Shown here: positions 37,776 through 50,283 of the stretch, piece after piece
Layout: every line of letters starts with the position of its first letter
Position numbering within the stretch: the stretch's first letter is position 1
NCBI GenBank assembly: GCA_965645245.1
Contig: OZ287070.1
Location: 434,001-498,000 of the forward strand
Source of the DNA: Massalongia carnosa
Taxonomy: Eukaryota
Direction: 5' to 3'
Length of the DNA: 64,000 nt
Program-made: the position numbers and the translations under genes
Notes under the pieces: generated by a model
The model's database searches: none
The model's input: the letters and a program-made list of their open reading frames with translations, nothing else
Told to the model about the DNA's origin: nothing

Positions 37776-40334
37776 CTATACTTTGAGAGACTCAGCAGCG
37801 TCGTCAATCTTCTCTATGATAATTTCACTCCATCGCTATATTGAAGTGAGCAACGGTTAGCAAGTTTCGTTTTGCCATCAGCTCACAGCAAAGGGGTGGA
37901 CATCGGAATGAGCACATAAGGGTAATCATATCAAAGGGACAAAGTTGCGGGAACTTGATTGAACGGATTAAAGAATGACAAAATAACCTCACCTCTATAC
38001 CCCCAATGTCCACGCTTTCTATGCTCTCCGTGATCCCGGGGAAAGTTACGCCTGTATATACCACCCAATACCCTGGCGCGAAGACGACATGTTTATAGAA
38101 AGGTCTTCCGTCCAGGCCTTTGGAGAAGATGAATTTTTTCTCAAAGTGCTTATACCGGTCGTTTACCCGCCGGAGTTCATAGTATAATTTGACCTTGCGC
38201 CACCAATTCCACCATGGAATAGACTCATCAATGGAAGCCGCCAGAGCGGCGGCATGTGCGTCAAAGGTCGAGGTGGCGATGACGAGGGAAGCGATAGATT
38301 TGGTCAACGAAACGAAGGAAAGTGCTCGAATGAAAGGGTCAGGGGAAGCCGCGGCTTTTTCCTGGATTTTGGAAAGATAGGAGGAGAGACTGATGGCGTA
38401 GTCTGTGGTGTTGAAGGCGATGACAGGAGACTCAATCAACGCGGCAGCGAGAATAGCCCAGACCTTAGTCGTGGTGATATGGTAGTGCCAACCTGGATCG
38501 CCAGATTTGTCCATCCACGCAAAAGAGTCGTAATTGGAGTGGTAGTGGTAAACGGGTGTCCGCAAGTTGCCGCGAAAACCAAGATCAACGCTGGGAACGC
38601 CTGCTACAAATTGAAAGGCCGCATAGTCAGAGCCCGAACCTAGAGTGGCCATAGTGCCATGCCAGAGATCTCGAACGGTCTGTCCTGGAATGGTTTGATT
38701 GGGAGACGGCACGATTGAGGTGGCATCATGAATGACTTTGTGTAAAAGGGGGGTGGTTCGGGCTTCAAAGTAAGGGCCGTCGGTCCCAACGTCGACATTT
38801 AGGTAAACAACCGCAGCCTTAGAAAGCCATGGGATGTGCTCTTCGACCCATTCCGTGGAGCCAAGCAGACCGTATTCCTCGCCATCCCAACTGGCAAAAA
38901 CGATTGTGCGTAGAGGTTTCCAGCCTTTTTGAAGTGCAACACCAAAACTCCGAACAACTTCATTCAATGCGGCGGACCCGCTATTCGGATCCCCAGCTCC
39001 CCCAGCAATCCAGGCATCACGGTGATTCCCGAGGATAACCACCTCGTCCGGGAGCGTGCCATTGATAATACCTATGACGTTCCAGATTGGAGTGATAGTA
39101 TAATCTTGTTCGTTGAAAAGATTGAGCACGACATCTTCCGTTGATGGGCCGATGTTGTATTCAACACTTTTGTACCCAAGCCCACCCCCCTGCCAATATC
39201 TGTTAAAATCTGCCGCCCTTGGACCAAGACCGTTCAAAGCTTTCAATAGAGGAAGAGCATCTCGGTATGAGATCGGTAACGATGGGATAGAAGGTGCAAA
39301 GTGTCCTGGGGATTGACGAGGCGCGCCGGGTTTGGACGGATAACCTGGGGTTGTTGGATCACCAGAAACTATATCTATAAAATCCATTAGCTTTTGGCAT
39401 TTCGGTGGATAGTAAAGCCTATACTCAACAGCTCTACGCTGCCTCTCTGAACACTGCTGGGGTTCCTAGCAGGGCCATCGGGATACGGCTTGTATCCGTT
39501 TGCTTCTGTGATCTCCCCGTCCTCCTGAGGATCGCTATAAATTACCACCCCTACCATACCAAGCTCCTCCGCCCGCTGCACCTTCAATGCTCGGTAGACG
39601 CGTCCATATTTTACAATGGCAATTCTCCCCTTTAAACTGACATTGGCTTTGACGAGGTCATCGTAATCCCACCAAGTGCCGAAATTTGCATATACGAACT
39701 GTGCAGTTACGTTGCCGTTGGCAGAGTATCCATGAAATGTAGGCACTCTTCCTTCCAGCCCACTCGTTTCATCTTCATCCAAGATATCCTCTTCCAAGCT
39801 GCACTCATATTTGACTACATAGTTTTTATTGGCGGCTGTTTCGTTGTGGTCCCGCGTGCCGTTCACTTTATTTTCCAAGAGAGCTAGCCGATGGCCCAAA
39901 GGGTAGTTAAGAAACACATCATATGTCACCAGACTAGAATCCTGAACTCCGAACTCTTGCCAGCGCTCTCTCGTCCACACCGCCTGACTTAGGTTTCTTC
40001 CGGCCAGATGGGGCCCGGAAGTGTAGTATTGACTCCATTCTCTTGCCTTTTCTTCCTTCGGTGTTGTCAAAAGAATTTCTTGTAACTCCTTATATGACAC
40101 TTTCTCGCCCTGCAGAATTGGTGAAGGCCATGGGAAACCTTTAGTGAAACGCGCATGGCTATTATGGTGGGTTGGCAACCAGCGATCAGGAATCAGGAAC
40201 CGGATGATGATAGTTAGGAGAGCTGTGGTCAGAGCGATTGTACAAAAATATCTGATGGTACTGTGAGGGTGTCGCTGACGTGGAGGAGATATGATTACCG
40301 TCTGTAGCAATGGAGTTCGTTCTGTAGAGCCCAT
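37776..40334 (-). CDS. M28 glutamate carboxypeptidase II-like protein (Vps70/Tre-like; PA and TfR-dimer domains); exons 40334-39425, 39374-37993, 37835-37776
   Basis: N-terminal TM; YYTSGPHLAG, PTFHGYS, VQRGSV, GDPTTPGYPS, GNHRDAW, GAGDPNSG, SWDGEEYGLLGSTEW, GSGSDY, YHYHSNYD, GLDGRPFYKHVVFAPG. Confidence 0.93.
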
Positions 40335-41239
40335 CGTAGCGGGGTGGTCGACAAATCTTGGAATACTTACACGACAGAAGTGGCTAGTTAACTAGTTACA
40401 ATAAGGATTCTACCCCCACATTCCACCTTGCCATCCCCGCATTCCCCACACCACCTGCAGCTTAGTATGTCTCCGAGAAGGTTGGCACTGTTGACTGACC
40501 TGGTACCTGGATTTCAACATACATCCCTAACAGTTACCTGAATTAACAGGCTAGGCTTCTAACGATATCTGGCGAGACGAGATCTCGGGTCACCTCTTTT
40601 ACCATCGGCTGTATAACTAACTGTAGTATAACAACCATTACGGAGTACTTAACTCTAATTATGTAGGCCCCTCTAATAGGTCTTCGAGGTGAAAGATCTC
40701 TATCGGCGTACCCCCTGATTTCTAGGACACTTGCAATCATCATTTAAATCAAACATCTCTTCCAGTGTTTCTCATTAGCTCTACTCCGTAACCTCAACCG
40801 CATCAATTTCTCTGCTACAGATCAAGCTCGCCACTGTCTTCAGATCGCGATGACGGCTGTCACGCACACCGAACCCATAAACGCGGCGAAATGTCCGAGT
40901 TGTAACTATAACAATATAACTGGGGCGGAAACTTGCGCAGGAACCTTGAAGGACGGAACTACCTGCGGTCATGCGCTCTCTACAACAGCTTAGCAAGGTG
41001 ATAAGCACCTTATAACCCAACTCCTTTGCAATCAAATTAAATCTCCTCTAGCAGTATATTCCGAACAAGGAAGTGGCTAGGACACCATAAGCTGGTGACG
41101 GAGGCGTGGCTTTCGACGATTGTGCTTGCCGGGAACGCGAGCAGACACTCTTTTGATACAATGATGTAGCTTCTAGAGAAGCCTCAAACATTCATCCAGC
41201 CCTACAAATTCTATCTAAATGCTATATTTGAATTTCTGG

Positions 41240-42178
41240 TCACTGCTGAGGTGGTTTCGACCTCCGCCACTCCATCCAAGCTTGTGAGAAATCGTCAAAT
41301 CCGTAAAATTCAAGCGCCTTCTGAACTTCTGCTCTCCACAATGTCGGACGATCACTGGCTAGATCAGACAGGTCCATCCCACTAGAGAGTCGAAACTTAG
41401 TTCTAATCCAGCCGCGGGGGAAGTAACCGGATATTTCAAAGTCAATGATCCCGACCTTTCCTGAGCTTGGTTCATCCTCCACAATGATATTCGTGGGTCC
41501 AAGGTCAGCATGATAAAAGATGAAGCTTGAGCAGTCCATGCCTAACGCTTCACATCCTGCCTGAAGCGAGCTGAAGTCGTCGCTACCTCGAGGTGTGATT
41601 AGGAACGCTTCGCGTATGTGTTGACCGTCGACTCCACCAAGTCTATGCCCTTTCCACCCCGACATCTCCTTACAGATCTTTACCACAACATCAACATAGT
41701 GTTGTCGCCAGTAGTCATTTAGACTTGGCCATGCGGCGTCGAGGGTCCGACCCGGAACTCTTTGGAGAAAGAGGTAAGATCGATCATGGCCGAAGGCATG
41801 GTGTAGTACCTTAGGTGTCTCAAAGCTTGGTTGCTGGTTCCGGACAAAGTTTAAGGTAGCTGATTCAGGCGTGACTGCCTCGTCAATATACCGAACTTTG
41901 CAGAAGGCGCTTTCTCCTATTGACCAGACAGCAGAGGCGTCGCCAGCTTCATGAACCAGCTTGATGAAAGGGCTGTTGGGCATGGTCGTAGAGGGAGGTG
42001 GATGAGGTAATTCTGTAAGAGTATAGCTTGAATTATCGCTGTCGTCATTCCAAGTGGCTGTATCGGATGAATAGGGCGATCGATGGAGGATGAGGGGACC
42101 AATAAGCCAGGTGCTAGAATCAATTTGTTTGAGGGACTTATTGATGTGGTCCTCGCCCCATTTGCGCACGACCACCAT
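41240..42178 (-). CDS. Aminoglycoside-phosphotransferase (APH)/kinase-like protein
   Basis: HEAGDASAVWSIG, FCKV, PESATL, VPGRTL..AW, FYHADLGPTNI, GIIDFE; start taken at first ATG (42178). Confidence 0.85.
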   Translation of the reverse strand: MVVVRKWGEDHINKSLKQIDSSTWLIGPLILHRSPYSSDTATWNDDSDNSSYTLTELPHPPPSTTMPNSPFIKLVHEAGDASAVWSIGESAFCKVRYIDEAVTPESATLNFVRNQQPSFETPKVLHHAFGHDRSYLFLQRVPGRTLDAAWPSLNDYWRQHYVDVVVKICKEMSGWKGHRLGGVDGQHIREAFLITPRGSDDFSSLQAGCEALGMDCSSFIFYHADLGPTNIIVEDEPSSGKVGIIDFEISGYFPRGWIRTKFRLSSGMDLSDLASDRPTLWRAEVQKALEFYGFDDFSQAWMEWRRSKPPQQ

Positions 42179-42499
42179 TTGGGCTGTCAATTCTATTGAT
42201 GCCTGATCGACAAGTGTTCACTGATAATTGACTGCTGATGATTTGTAAATACAGCTCCGCACTCGCAGCAAATCTATGATCGGACAGCTTACTCACCCTG
42301 GTAGAGCTAAGAAGACACAAGGCATCGGAGTTATGAGATGAAAGGATGTACGGAGAATAGATTCTCAACTTATCCGTGTTCCCAAAATTTTGTCCGGGTA
42401 ACTATTTTATCTGGAGCTTACCTAATTAGGCTACCTCTCACTCGAGAAAACAACAAAAATATCAACAAATCATAAAGAACTTTGACCGCTTCATACGTC

Positions 42500-43250
42500 T
42501 GTGCTTCCTAGAGTATATCTAATAATTGCGAAACATAAGTTGCGACATCTTCGTGATCCACGAGCTGCAAGCCGTCAATATTAACGAAGAGTAGGGACCG
42601 GAGCTAATTTGAATAATGACTTTAGTAGCAATAGGCCCGTTTGGATGCTCATGCAGTACCATCGAGATTGTCTAGAAGAACCTCGAGCAATTGCCCGTCC
42701 TGAAGATTTGAGGATACCTGGCTTACTAATTGACGAATCAAGGAGTAAATCAAGGCAATCAGTCCATCACTCGAGCTTGTCCTAGCAGCGTCTACTACAT
42801 TGCGTCCTTTCGTTTTGGGGTTACAGACATGGCAAACTACTGGCGCTCCGATCCGTTCAACCGATGATACCACGTATGTAGCGGTCAAGGTAAGTTCGGA
42901 AGGGTATAGGGGGACGTCATAATGGCCTGCTATCCAGGGCTCCTTGTGTTCGGTCTTTGTAAGCCAATTTTGCAGAGCGGACATGATGAACAAAAGGGGT
43001 TCTACTCCGTAAACTCTCTCGAACGCTTGAGCAGTGAGGCGAGTAATCCATACTCGATGTACTCATCGAAATGAGGTGCGCTGCTTTGAATATCATCTTT
43101 AGGATGTATAAACGAGCCTTCTGTGATGGAGGTTGTTATGTCAGCTTAACTATTATTTATTGCGGATTAATGCAAACCTGAGCTCGCCTCTCCAATATCA
43201 TCTGCTGTGCGGACACCAAAAGCCTCAAAATCTTAACGTCAGCAATGGAA
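42500..43250 (-). pseudogene. Degraded gene fragment, distantly P-loop/NACHT-like
   Basis: ALQNWL...WIAG, GLIALIYSLIRQL followed by stops; no intact ORF. Confidence 0.4.
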
Positions 43251-43268
43251 ACGAATAACCCGCTTTAT

Positions 43269-43333
43269 TGATGGGGTGAACCACGGCTGATGGGGTAGAC
43301 CACAGCTCGTTGGGTGGACTACGGCTCGTGGGC
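43269..43333. repeat. 19-bp degenerate tandem repeat, three units plus a partial
   Basis: TGATGGGGTGAACCACGGC / TGATGGGGTAGACCACAGC / TCGTTGGGTGGACTACGGC. Confidence 0.75.
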
Positions 43334-45039
43334 TTAGTTTCCCATGAGAATTCTTCTATGCGCAGTAAAGCCCTTTGTGTTGTCTAAAATCGGAAAACGC
43401 CCTCGAACCATCTTCCAAAGCACTCGAGATAAAGAGCTTGCGGATTACGTCACCAGGAGCAGCTAGTGGAGCACGAAGAACGCGGTGAAAAGTTGGTCCC
43501 CAGTCCGGAAGGTTTAATGGCGTTAAACATCAAGAAGTGCGTGCTGCAGGTGCGGAAATTCTGTTTGAGAGACCTGGCCGTTGAAGAGAACCACGTCGAA
43601 GGTTCCGCACAACTTCCTGACGGAACTCGACGAAGACTCGATGCGCCAAAACATTCCTTAAGTTCTGGTGCACATGTGGACTCTAAATGCCGGTCGATGA
43701 TTTAGCCCCTCCGGGGCCCACATTATGGGCATGACTGAGGTCTGCATCGACATGCCAGATTCCCTAGAGATCTTTGCGCCGTAGGTCTCCTTCTCCATGG
43801 TCAATCCTAGTAGTGACGATATAAAGGCAGATAACGACGCTGATTATATTCCGTTAAGCACAGAGCGGCGGCGTGCACCCCAAGCAGCCTTGACGCCGTC
43901 CAGCACAGAGGGCAGCAACTTGCAGGGGCTAGGGTGACGATAAGGGGAACTCAATGGGTGGCGGACTGGGCAAATAGCAGGAAAGGCAATGGAGTCAAGC
44001 ATCTTAAATTTCTATTTGAATCATTGGAGTCTTCGGCCTGTTCCCACCCCACTATACCTAACACATTTGCACTCTTTCTCGTCTCTATACCCCTAGGTGG
44101 GTTTCAATTCCTCTCCCGTGTATTCGTCCTGCCTGGATTGAAAAGTCCTTCCACTTACCTAACGTTTTGCATTGGTTGGATGGGTTTCCAATCCCCTATC
44201 GGAGATTTAGCGATTGGACTGGATAGTTACGTGAGTAGGTAGGTAGGTAGGTAGATACATAGTAAGACGAATTGGCAAAAACGTAGTATGGTAGGTACAT
44301 AAAACGGGCAAATAAGTACTCTGTAAGCAAAAAATATGTCCCAGAAGCTAAAAGGTTAGTTACTTAAGTGCTTGTTCCACTAGCAAGCTCTCGTACAACC
44401 TAGCCTTTGGTTCTGGCCAATCAACCCCCAGAAGCTGAGTCAAAACTTACTTAAGCTTGAAAGAAAGATTTGGAGATTTAAGTTCTATTGGTCAAAGCTC
44501 CTTGCGGCACACATTAGTTAAGCAAAAAGATAATCAACAGATAAGCAACAGATAAGCCTAATTATCGCCCGTGACACTTAGCGGCGTTTAAAATCCTAAA
44601 TCCCGCCAAATAGCCTTAGTAACCCGAAGTTGTAGTCTCGCGTAGCGAGAAAAAAATTTATTTTGAAGCAATTTAAACCGTCAAATAGAGCATCCTTCAA
44701 GGAGTAGACCCGTGCCTGAATTGTCTGAGTTGATGTGCTGTGAAGTGTAGGATCGCCATGCAAAACCGACGCCCTGCTTGGCCCTGGTCGTTGCGAAAGT
44801 CGACATTTGCGCTTCGCAATCGAACCACAAAAGGGTTTTGCTAGAATTTTGAAACTGGGTTTGCTGAAAAGAGCTTCTTCTGAATAGAAGAAACATCTTA
44901 CCCCGAGTAGTGTTAACGTAGCGCTGATGGCGCGATACGTGGTGCAGTTGCACGCCTCGTCACAAGATGTCCCAGTCACAGGAACGAGAAGGAGGTACTA
45001 CGGGCACATTACGAGTGATCGCTTCTTAGTAGAACGGTG

Positions 45040-47943
45040 TTACAGGCCTCCATGACTAGTACTCGTAGAGAGAAAGAGAGGTACCATTGGCCTATCTACG
45101 AAGCAGATCCTCTCCAGCGTCAATACGCTTAGAGATCTGATGTCCAGAGAGCCCCAAACTGTCAACTTCCCGCGCAATATCCCACGGATCCCTCCCTGCT
45201 CATTCGCCTTCCCCTGAAGGTACCGACGGATCCGTCTCTTGACGTAGAACCGCTGCCTCAGGGCAGGAGTGTACCTCCACTTAGCCCCGAAGAGGCGGTC
45301 CAACTTGTCGAGAGACGTACGCCGGACCCCCTCCACCAACGTCCCCACCGCGAATTCCTCCAACACCGCCTCCGCCGAGGTCACGCCGCCGAGAATGGGC
45401 TCCGCCGAGTAGTTAGGCGGACGTTGAGGCGGCCCCTCTTGGGGGAGGGAGCCACAGGGCGCAGAGACCGTAGACGCCTCTCTGGGGACGGAAGTGAGGA
45501 CGACAGAAGGTGTAGGAAGGAGAGAAGCGACTGGGTCGACGTACGAGGACGCCGACGCAGCAGGCTCTTCACCAACGGAGTGCGCCGCCGTCGCAAGAGC
45601 AGTCGCCTGCCCTCGCCAAGACGCCTCGTCCAGCAGCCAGTCCCTCCGAACAGCCTCCACAGGAACCGTCAGAAAGGATCGAGATAGCGTCGAGACCGTG
45701 GCCTGCAACTGTGAGAGCTGCGAACCCAGGACTCGAGCTATCTCCTGGGCATTTGCCGCCGGCAGCGCACTCAAGGTGGTCGTCAGCTGGCTCTGCCCGG
45801 AGAGCAACCTCTCCACAGCGTTGAGCGTGCGATCTTGCTTGATCGCAACACCGCTGACCTTGTTACTGACGCCATCAACGGAGTCAGCAACAAGAGGCAG
45901 CACGCCATGGATGGCCACGTGCAAAGGTTCCTTTTCTACGGCCTCCAACTCCCGTATCTTCGTCGCGAACGCAGGCCAAAGGGGATCTCTGAAGACTTGG
46001 TGTCTCCAGAGCGAAAGCTCAGGAAACTGAGGCTGTAGAAGCGCCGCGTCTTGCAGGAAGACACAACGCAGCCGCAGCAACATCTCCAGAACCTTCTTCC
46101 CTGCCTTATCCGCATCAGGAAAAAGACCGCCTTTGTACGCCGCCAGAGCGTCATCCACCCAAGGCCACACCTGCCGCTGCAGGGCCAGATCCGGTGAGTG
46201 TCCTCCTCTTCTCAAAAAGTAACTCCCGGGGGAGTTGCCAAAGCCGGCGGCGCGACGCATGTAGACACGCGGCAGGCGGGTGAGGTAGTTAGTGGCCCAG
46301 ACGCCACGTTCCCATCCGCCTGCTCCCATGATCTGTAGTAGTTGATATAAGGGTAATGCTAGTAAGTATAAGGGGCCATGAATCGTAGAGTACTTACCTG
46401 GTCCGCGGGGACCTCCCACATGTCGGCCAGCCGTGACGAGGACTGCCGCATGGTGTGGACCGTCTTGGAGCTGTCGACGCCGACAGCATCCAAAGCCGGC
46501 TTGATCCATCGGGCCTGTGTTTTGTCGGAGATCTCCTCCTTAGATCGCGCCATGCTCCCGGAGATGACCTTCGTGAAATACCACGAAGATCGATCCTGGA
46601 AGTCCGGCCGCTTCTCCAGGAGGAGGTCCCAGCGCAAGACGAGCCAGTGGGCGAGGGCGCCGAGAGGACAGAGGACGACATCACTGCTCCGCAAAGCACC
46701 ATGGTAATGCTGGCGGCGCGAGTTGCCCCCGTCCGCCAGAGGAATGCTCTTGCCCTGGTCAATTCGAAGGATCAACGCAAGGCATTCGGACCCCTCGTTA
46801 GGGAGGTCGTAGGCGCAGAGGTCAGGTAGCTCAGCCCTCCGCGTTGACTCCCCTCGCAGCATCATCGAATGCATTAGGAGGAAGTCGAGGCGAGTCCGCA
46901 GGAGGTCCCACTCGCCGCCCGCCACGCCCTCCTCCCCCAAAACCTTGCCCCCGGCGAGCAGCATTGCCGACAATTGAGCGGCCTGCTCAGTCGTGTAACC
47001 GTTGGTGAGGCCGTGGATCGCGCGATCCTCGAACGAGGCCCGCTTGAAAGCGCTCCAACCGATGCGTAAGCGCGTCATCAGGGCTTTGGTGGCCTTCCCT
47101 CTGGGATGGGGCACCACCAAATTCTCTTCGAGATGCTGGTCATCGAAGAGGGCGCAGAGGCAGAGACGTAGCCCGATTCCACGCTATCGGGCGCCAGGGC
47201 CGGGATAAAGGGTCGTCGGCTTGCTGTAAGACGAGTCAGTAAGCTACAAAAAGATGATTCTATCCCTGAATTCGAGTTCAGGGGGCGACTCACCGTCTCA
47301 ACGAGCTCCTCGCCGTCGGAGAATTCCTCGAATTTTTCCACCTCCTCCACCTCCTCTCCCTCTACCGCTAGCGAGGCTTCCACCGCCTCCATCGCCTTCC
47401 CCTTCCCCCTCTTCAACGCGCGGCGCTTAGCCTGCCGTTGGCGATTCTGATCCCGCCGCCTGGCCTGCGCTGCTGCGCCTGTGAGCTTGGGACGTGGGAC
47501 GAAGCGCAGGCGGAGGACGACCTCTTCGAGGAAGAGGAGCATCTTCCCCTCCCACACAAGAACGCCGTTAGGAAAATTGCGACGTCGGCACCACTTCTGT
47601 AGGATGTTAGCGTAGCCCCAAATTTGTAGGGCATACCTATCGTAGTTACCTCCCATAGATGCTAGCACTTGCGGTACGTCTTAAGGGTGTTGGCCCTCCG
47701 ATCCTCCTCCCGCATCCCGCGGACGCGCCTCATGATGGCGGCCATGGCGGCCTCGTTGTTGCCGTGGGTGGCATAGGCCTGAGACTCACGCTTGACGGCG
47801 TCGACATCAACGTAAGCCTCAGGAGGAGGCCAAGAAAGAGGCGCCGCCGTCTCCGGATCTGCGACAGCGGGGCCTGCAGCGGAGGGGCCCGGGTCCATTG
47901 TGCGGTCGCCAAAGAGGGTATCCGTGGTATGTAGAACGCTCAT
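45040..47943 (-). pseudogene. Crypton tyrosine recombinase (Ndc10 domain II-like plus C-terminal GCR1_C); introns 47649-47597, 47293-47224, 46397-46333; stop at 47664-47662 and 1-2 single-base frameshifts at ~47210-47158
   Basis: NTLKTYRKC*HLWE/KWC..F..G.LV.EGK..LFL; PHPRG; DFLL.H.MMLRGE..R..EL.DL; QGK; GALR..D..LCPLGALA; PDF..R.SWY; HTMR; AGGW; NYLTRLP..YMR.AAGF; LRLR.VFLQDA; LD..FGAKWR. Confidence 0.88.
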
Positions 47944-48064
47944 TGATCAGCAAGTCACTCGCGGCGCAAAACGGGGACAGGCAGGCTTTTTGCAGTTCGA
48001 CTGAATGGGTCGAGGAGAGAAAATCGTGGTATGGAGCTTGGTCACGGGCGATATTGTCCATATA

Positions 48065-49551
48065 CGGAGGATGACACAGGAAGTTCTGGCCGACGCTAAT
48101 ATGCACGCTAAATAAGCCACCTACAAGGGGCTCAGCCCTACGAAGATAAACTCCTACCTTCTTATCCACCTCCTCATCAGTCTACATTGGCCCACTCCTC
48201 ATCTTCAGTAGGACCTCTCTTTAAACGCAGATATTGACTGCGCCGCTCCTCAGCATTGTAAGGTCGTACCATTCCTCCTGTTCTTCCTTCTCTGTACTCG
48301 TTCCGGTTCAATCATGTTGAGATCAGGTGAGTTGCTAGGCCACAAAAAGCGAAGCACTCGAAAGTCCATAAACACCACATCCTGATGTTTGGAAGTATGA
48401 CAGGGGGCCTTATCTTCTTGAACCACCATATTTGGACGATCTTTCGTGCATTCGGTAGCGAATAGAAGAAGTTTGTCTATCAAAATATTCTTTTGATAGC
48501 GATACCAGTCAATTCCTCCCTTTTTATTATCTCGCACGATCTTTCCATGTTTTTGATCCCATATCCATCGAGGCTGTCGTCCTCCTGAATTTCTTAGTCT
48601 CATTCGTCTCATTCCATTTTCTAACTCCCAATTGAGCTTCGCCTCTGATTCCAACTTCTTATTGATAAGCTTCAGCTCTTCCTCAGCTGTCTTCTTTTCT
48701 TTTGCAGACTCAGTCTTCCAGATATGAAAAGGACCTTTTTTATCGTACGAAAACACCCCCAAAACATGAACTCTGAGTGTCCTTTCCATCGACGACGAAT
48801 GCATGTTTTATCATTCATTTCTTTCGAGGTTCTCCATTGCAGTCTTTTTCCTCTTACTGCATTCAGCATCACGCTCGTCTCGTCACTCCAGATGACGTTC
48901 TTCCAGTCTTCAAGAGTCCAATGCTGATGATCAATGCAAAATTTCAGACGTGCTTCCTTCATGATCGAAGGCCAGGCTTTTTCGTTGATTTACAGGCTCG
49001 AAATCCATTCTTTTTAAGAACCTTCAAAATAGTGGAAGAACTCAGCTCATGATCAAAAGCCAGCATAGCTGAAGACTTCTCCCTTCCGTTTCGATCTTTG
49101 CGTACATCAGTCAATATAGCCTCCTCCAATGCAGGTGTTACTTTAGAAGGTTGGCCTGAACGAGGTGCATCTTCTACATATTCCATCTTCAAGACTCGTG
49201 AGATCTCGGGATCATATCCTCTGCTTCTTGCTTTCCTCTTGGTATGACTGATAGATCTCGTCGAGACTTCAGTGATTTCCTCTACTCATTTGGCTGATAC
49301 TCCATGCTCTAGGAGAGTCAAGGCCTGAAGTCTTTGAGCGAGAGTCAGTGTGTTATCTTGAGGACGAGTCATGATGATGATAGCTACAAAATAGCAACTA
49401 AAATCAACTATAAATTACAAATATTAAAGCATTTTATCTCTTGATGCGCGGAGAACCTCCTTTTTTTTAAGATTTTACCACCCCCTTGTCTAGTGGCGGA
49501 AGCTAATGCAAGCTAAAATACGCTAGCCAGAACTTCCTGTGTCATCCTCCG
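48065..49551 (-). mobile_element. Tc1-family (DD34E) transposon, inactive
   Basis: Perfect 26-bp TIRs CGGAGGATGACACAGGAAGTTCTGGC; TA at 48063-48064 and 49552-49553. Confidence 0.95.
48250..49372 (-). pseudogene. Tc1 transposase with a stop (49288-49286), two frameshifts and loss of sequence after IEP
   Basis: EDAPRSGQP, ARLKFC...WTLEDWKNVIWSDETSV, MFWGCF, QEDKAPCH, WPSNSPDLNMIE (34 residues D to E). Confidence 0.9.
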
Positions 49552-50283
49552 TACAGCGTGACGATTTTGCAGGGTCACGCCTATAAGTGGGTTTAGTTAT
49601 AACCCCAAGTCACAGGATTTTTTACGCTAAATCTCAACCCCGCGGCCCCAAAAAAAAAATCGGCCTCGGATAAGCAGTCACACATGCAGACACTAACAAC
49701 AGCAGCAGTGTCCTAAACGGTACCCGCCCCATCTTCACACCACCAATCAAACCTCTTATTCGTTCACCTGTCCGTGACATGCAGTCACGATTATCCTATG
49801 AAAAAAACGTAATCATGTTGATGAGTTTGGAAGCTTCAGGCTCGTAAGAGGCTATTACTAGTTATGCTTTTTGGCATCCAGAGCATTTCTCTCAATGCAA
49901 CCGGCTTGTGCGGGTGACTGGTCATCACAAACTGTCATTGCTGACCATTAGCCGAATTTGCCAAAGCAACAACGATAGATGTTTTGAAGACGTGGAATAG
50001 CATAAGGTTTTTGGTAACTCTTGTCAGCACTCACGTCGTGATTCTGGCAATGGGGATGTTGCATGACCTTTCTCTGTCACGTCTCAAGTCAGGGGGTTGT
50101 CGTATTTCTATAAAGTTTACGAGTAGCTTCATTTATCTTGGCTGGCGGATTAGGGCTCTAACTTGATGGACATCGTTAGATCTAGTTTTTTCTCAGCTCC
50201 TTTCAGTTCACCTCTTCTCAGTCATCATATTTTCCGGTTTGGTTGTCTCAGCCTAGTGAGCTCGTGAGAGCCAATCTTATAAC

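Larger units (their letters stand above)
44566..49642 (-). mobile_element. Crypton (CryptonF-type) tyrosine-recombinase transposon; ends tentative
   Basis: Encloses the YR/GCR1_C gene; imperfect inverted pair TGACACTTAGCG (44572-44583) / CGCTAAATCTCA (49625-49636), 10/12 match. Confidence 0.6.

Noticed and set aside
43269..43333. CRISPR-like array
   Set aside because: Eukaryotic context, no spacers, units adjacent and degenerate
45040..47943. Starship captain (DUF3435) or host kinetochore NDC10
   Set aside because: Motifs and GCR1_C tail are Crypton-type, the gene is disrupted and lies among TEs; no Starship-type cargo boundaries seen
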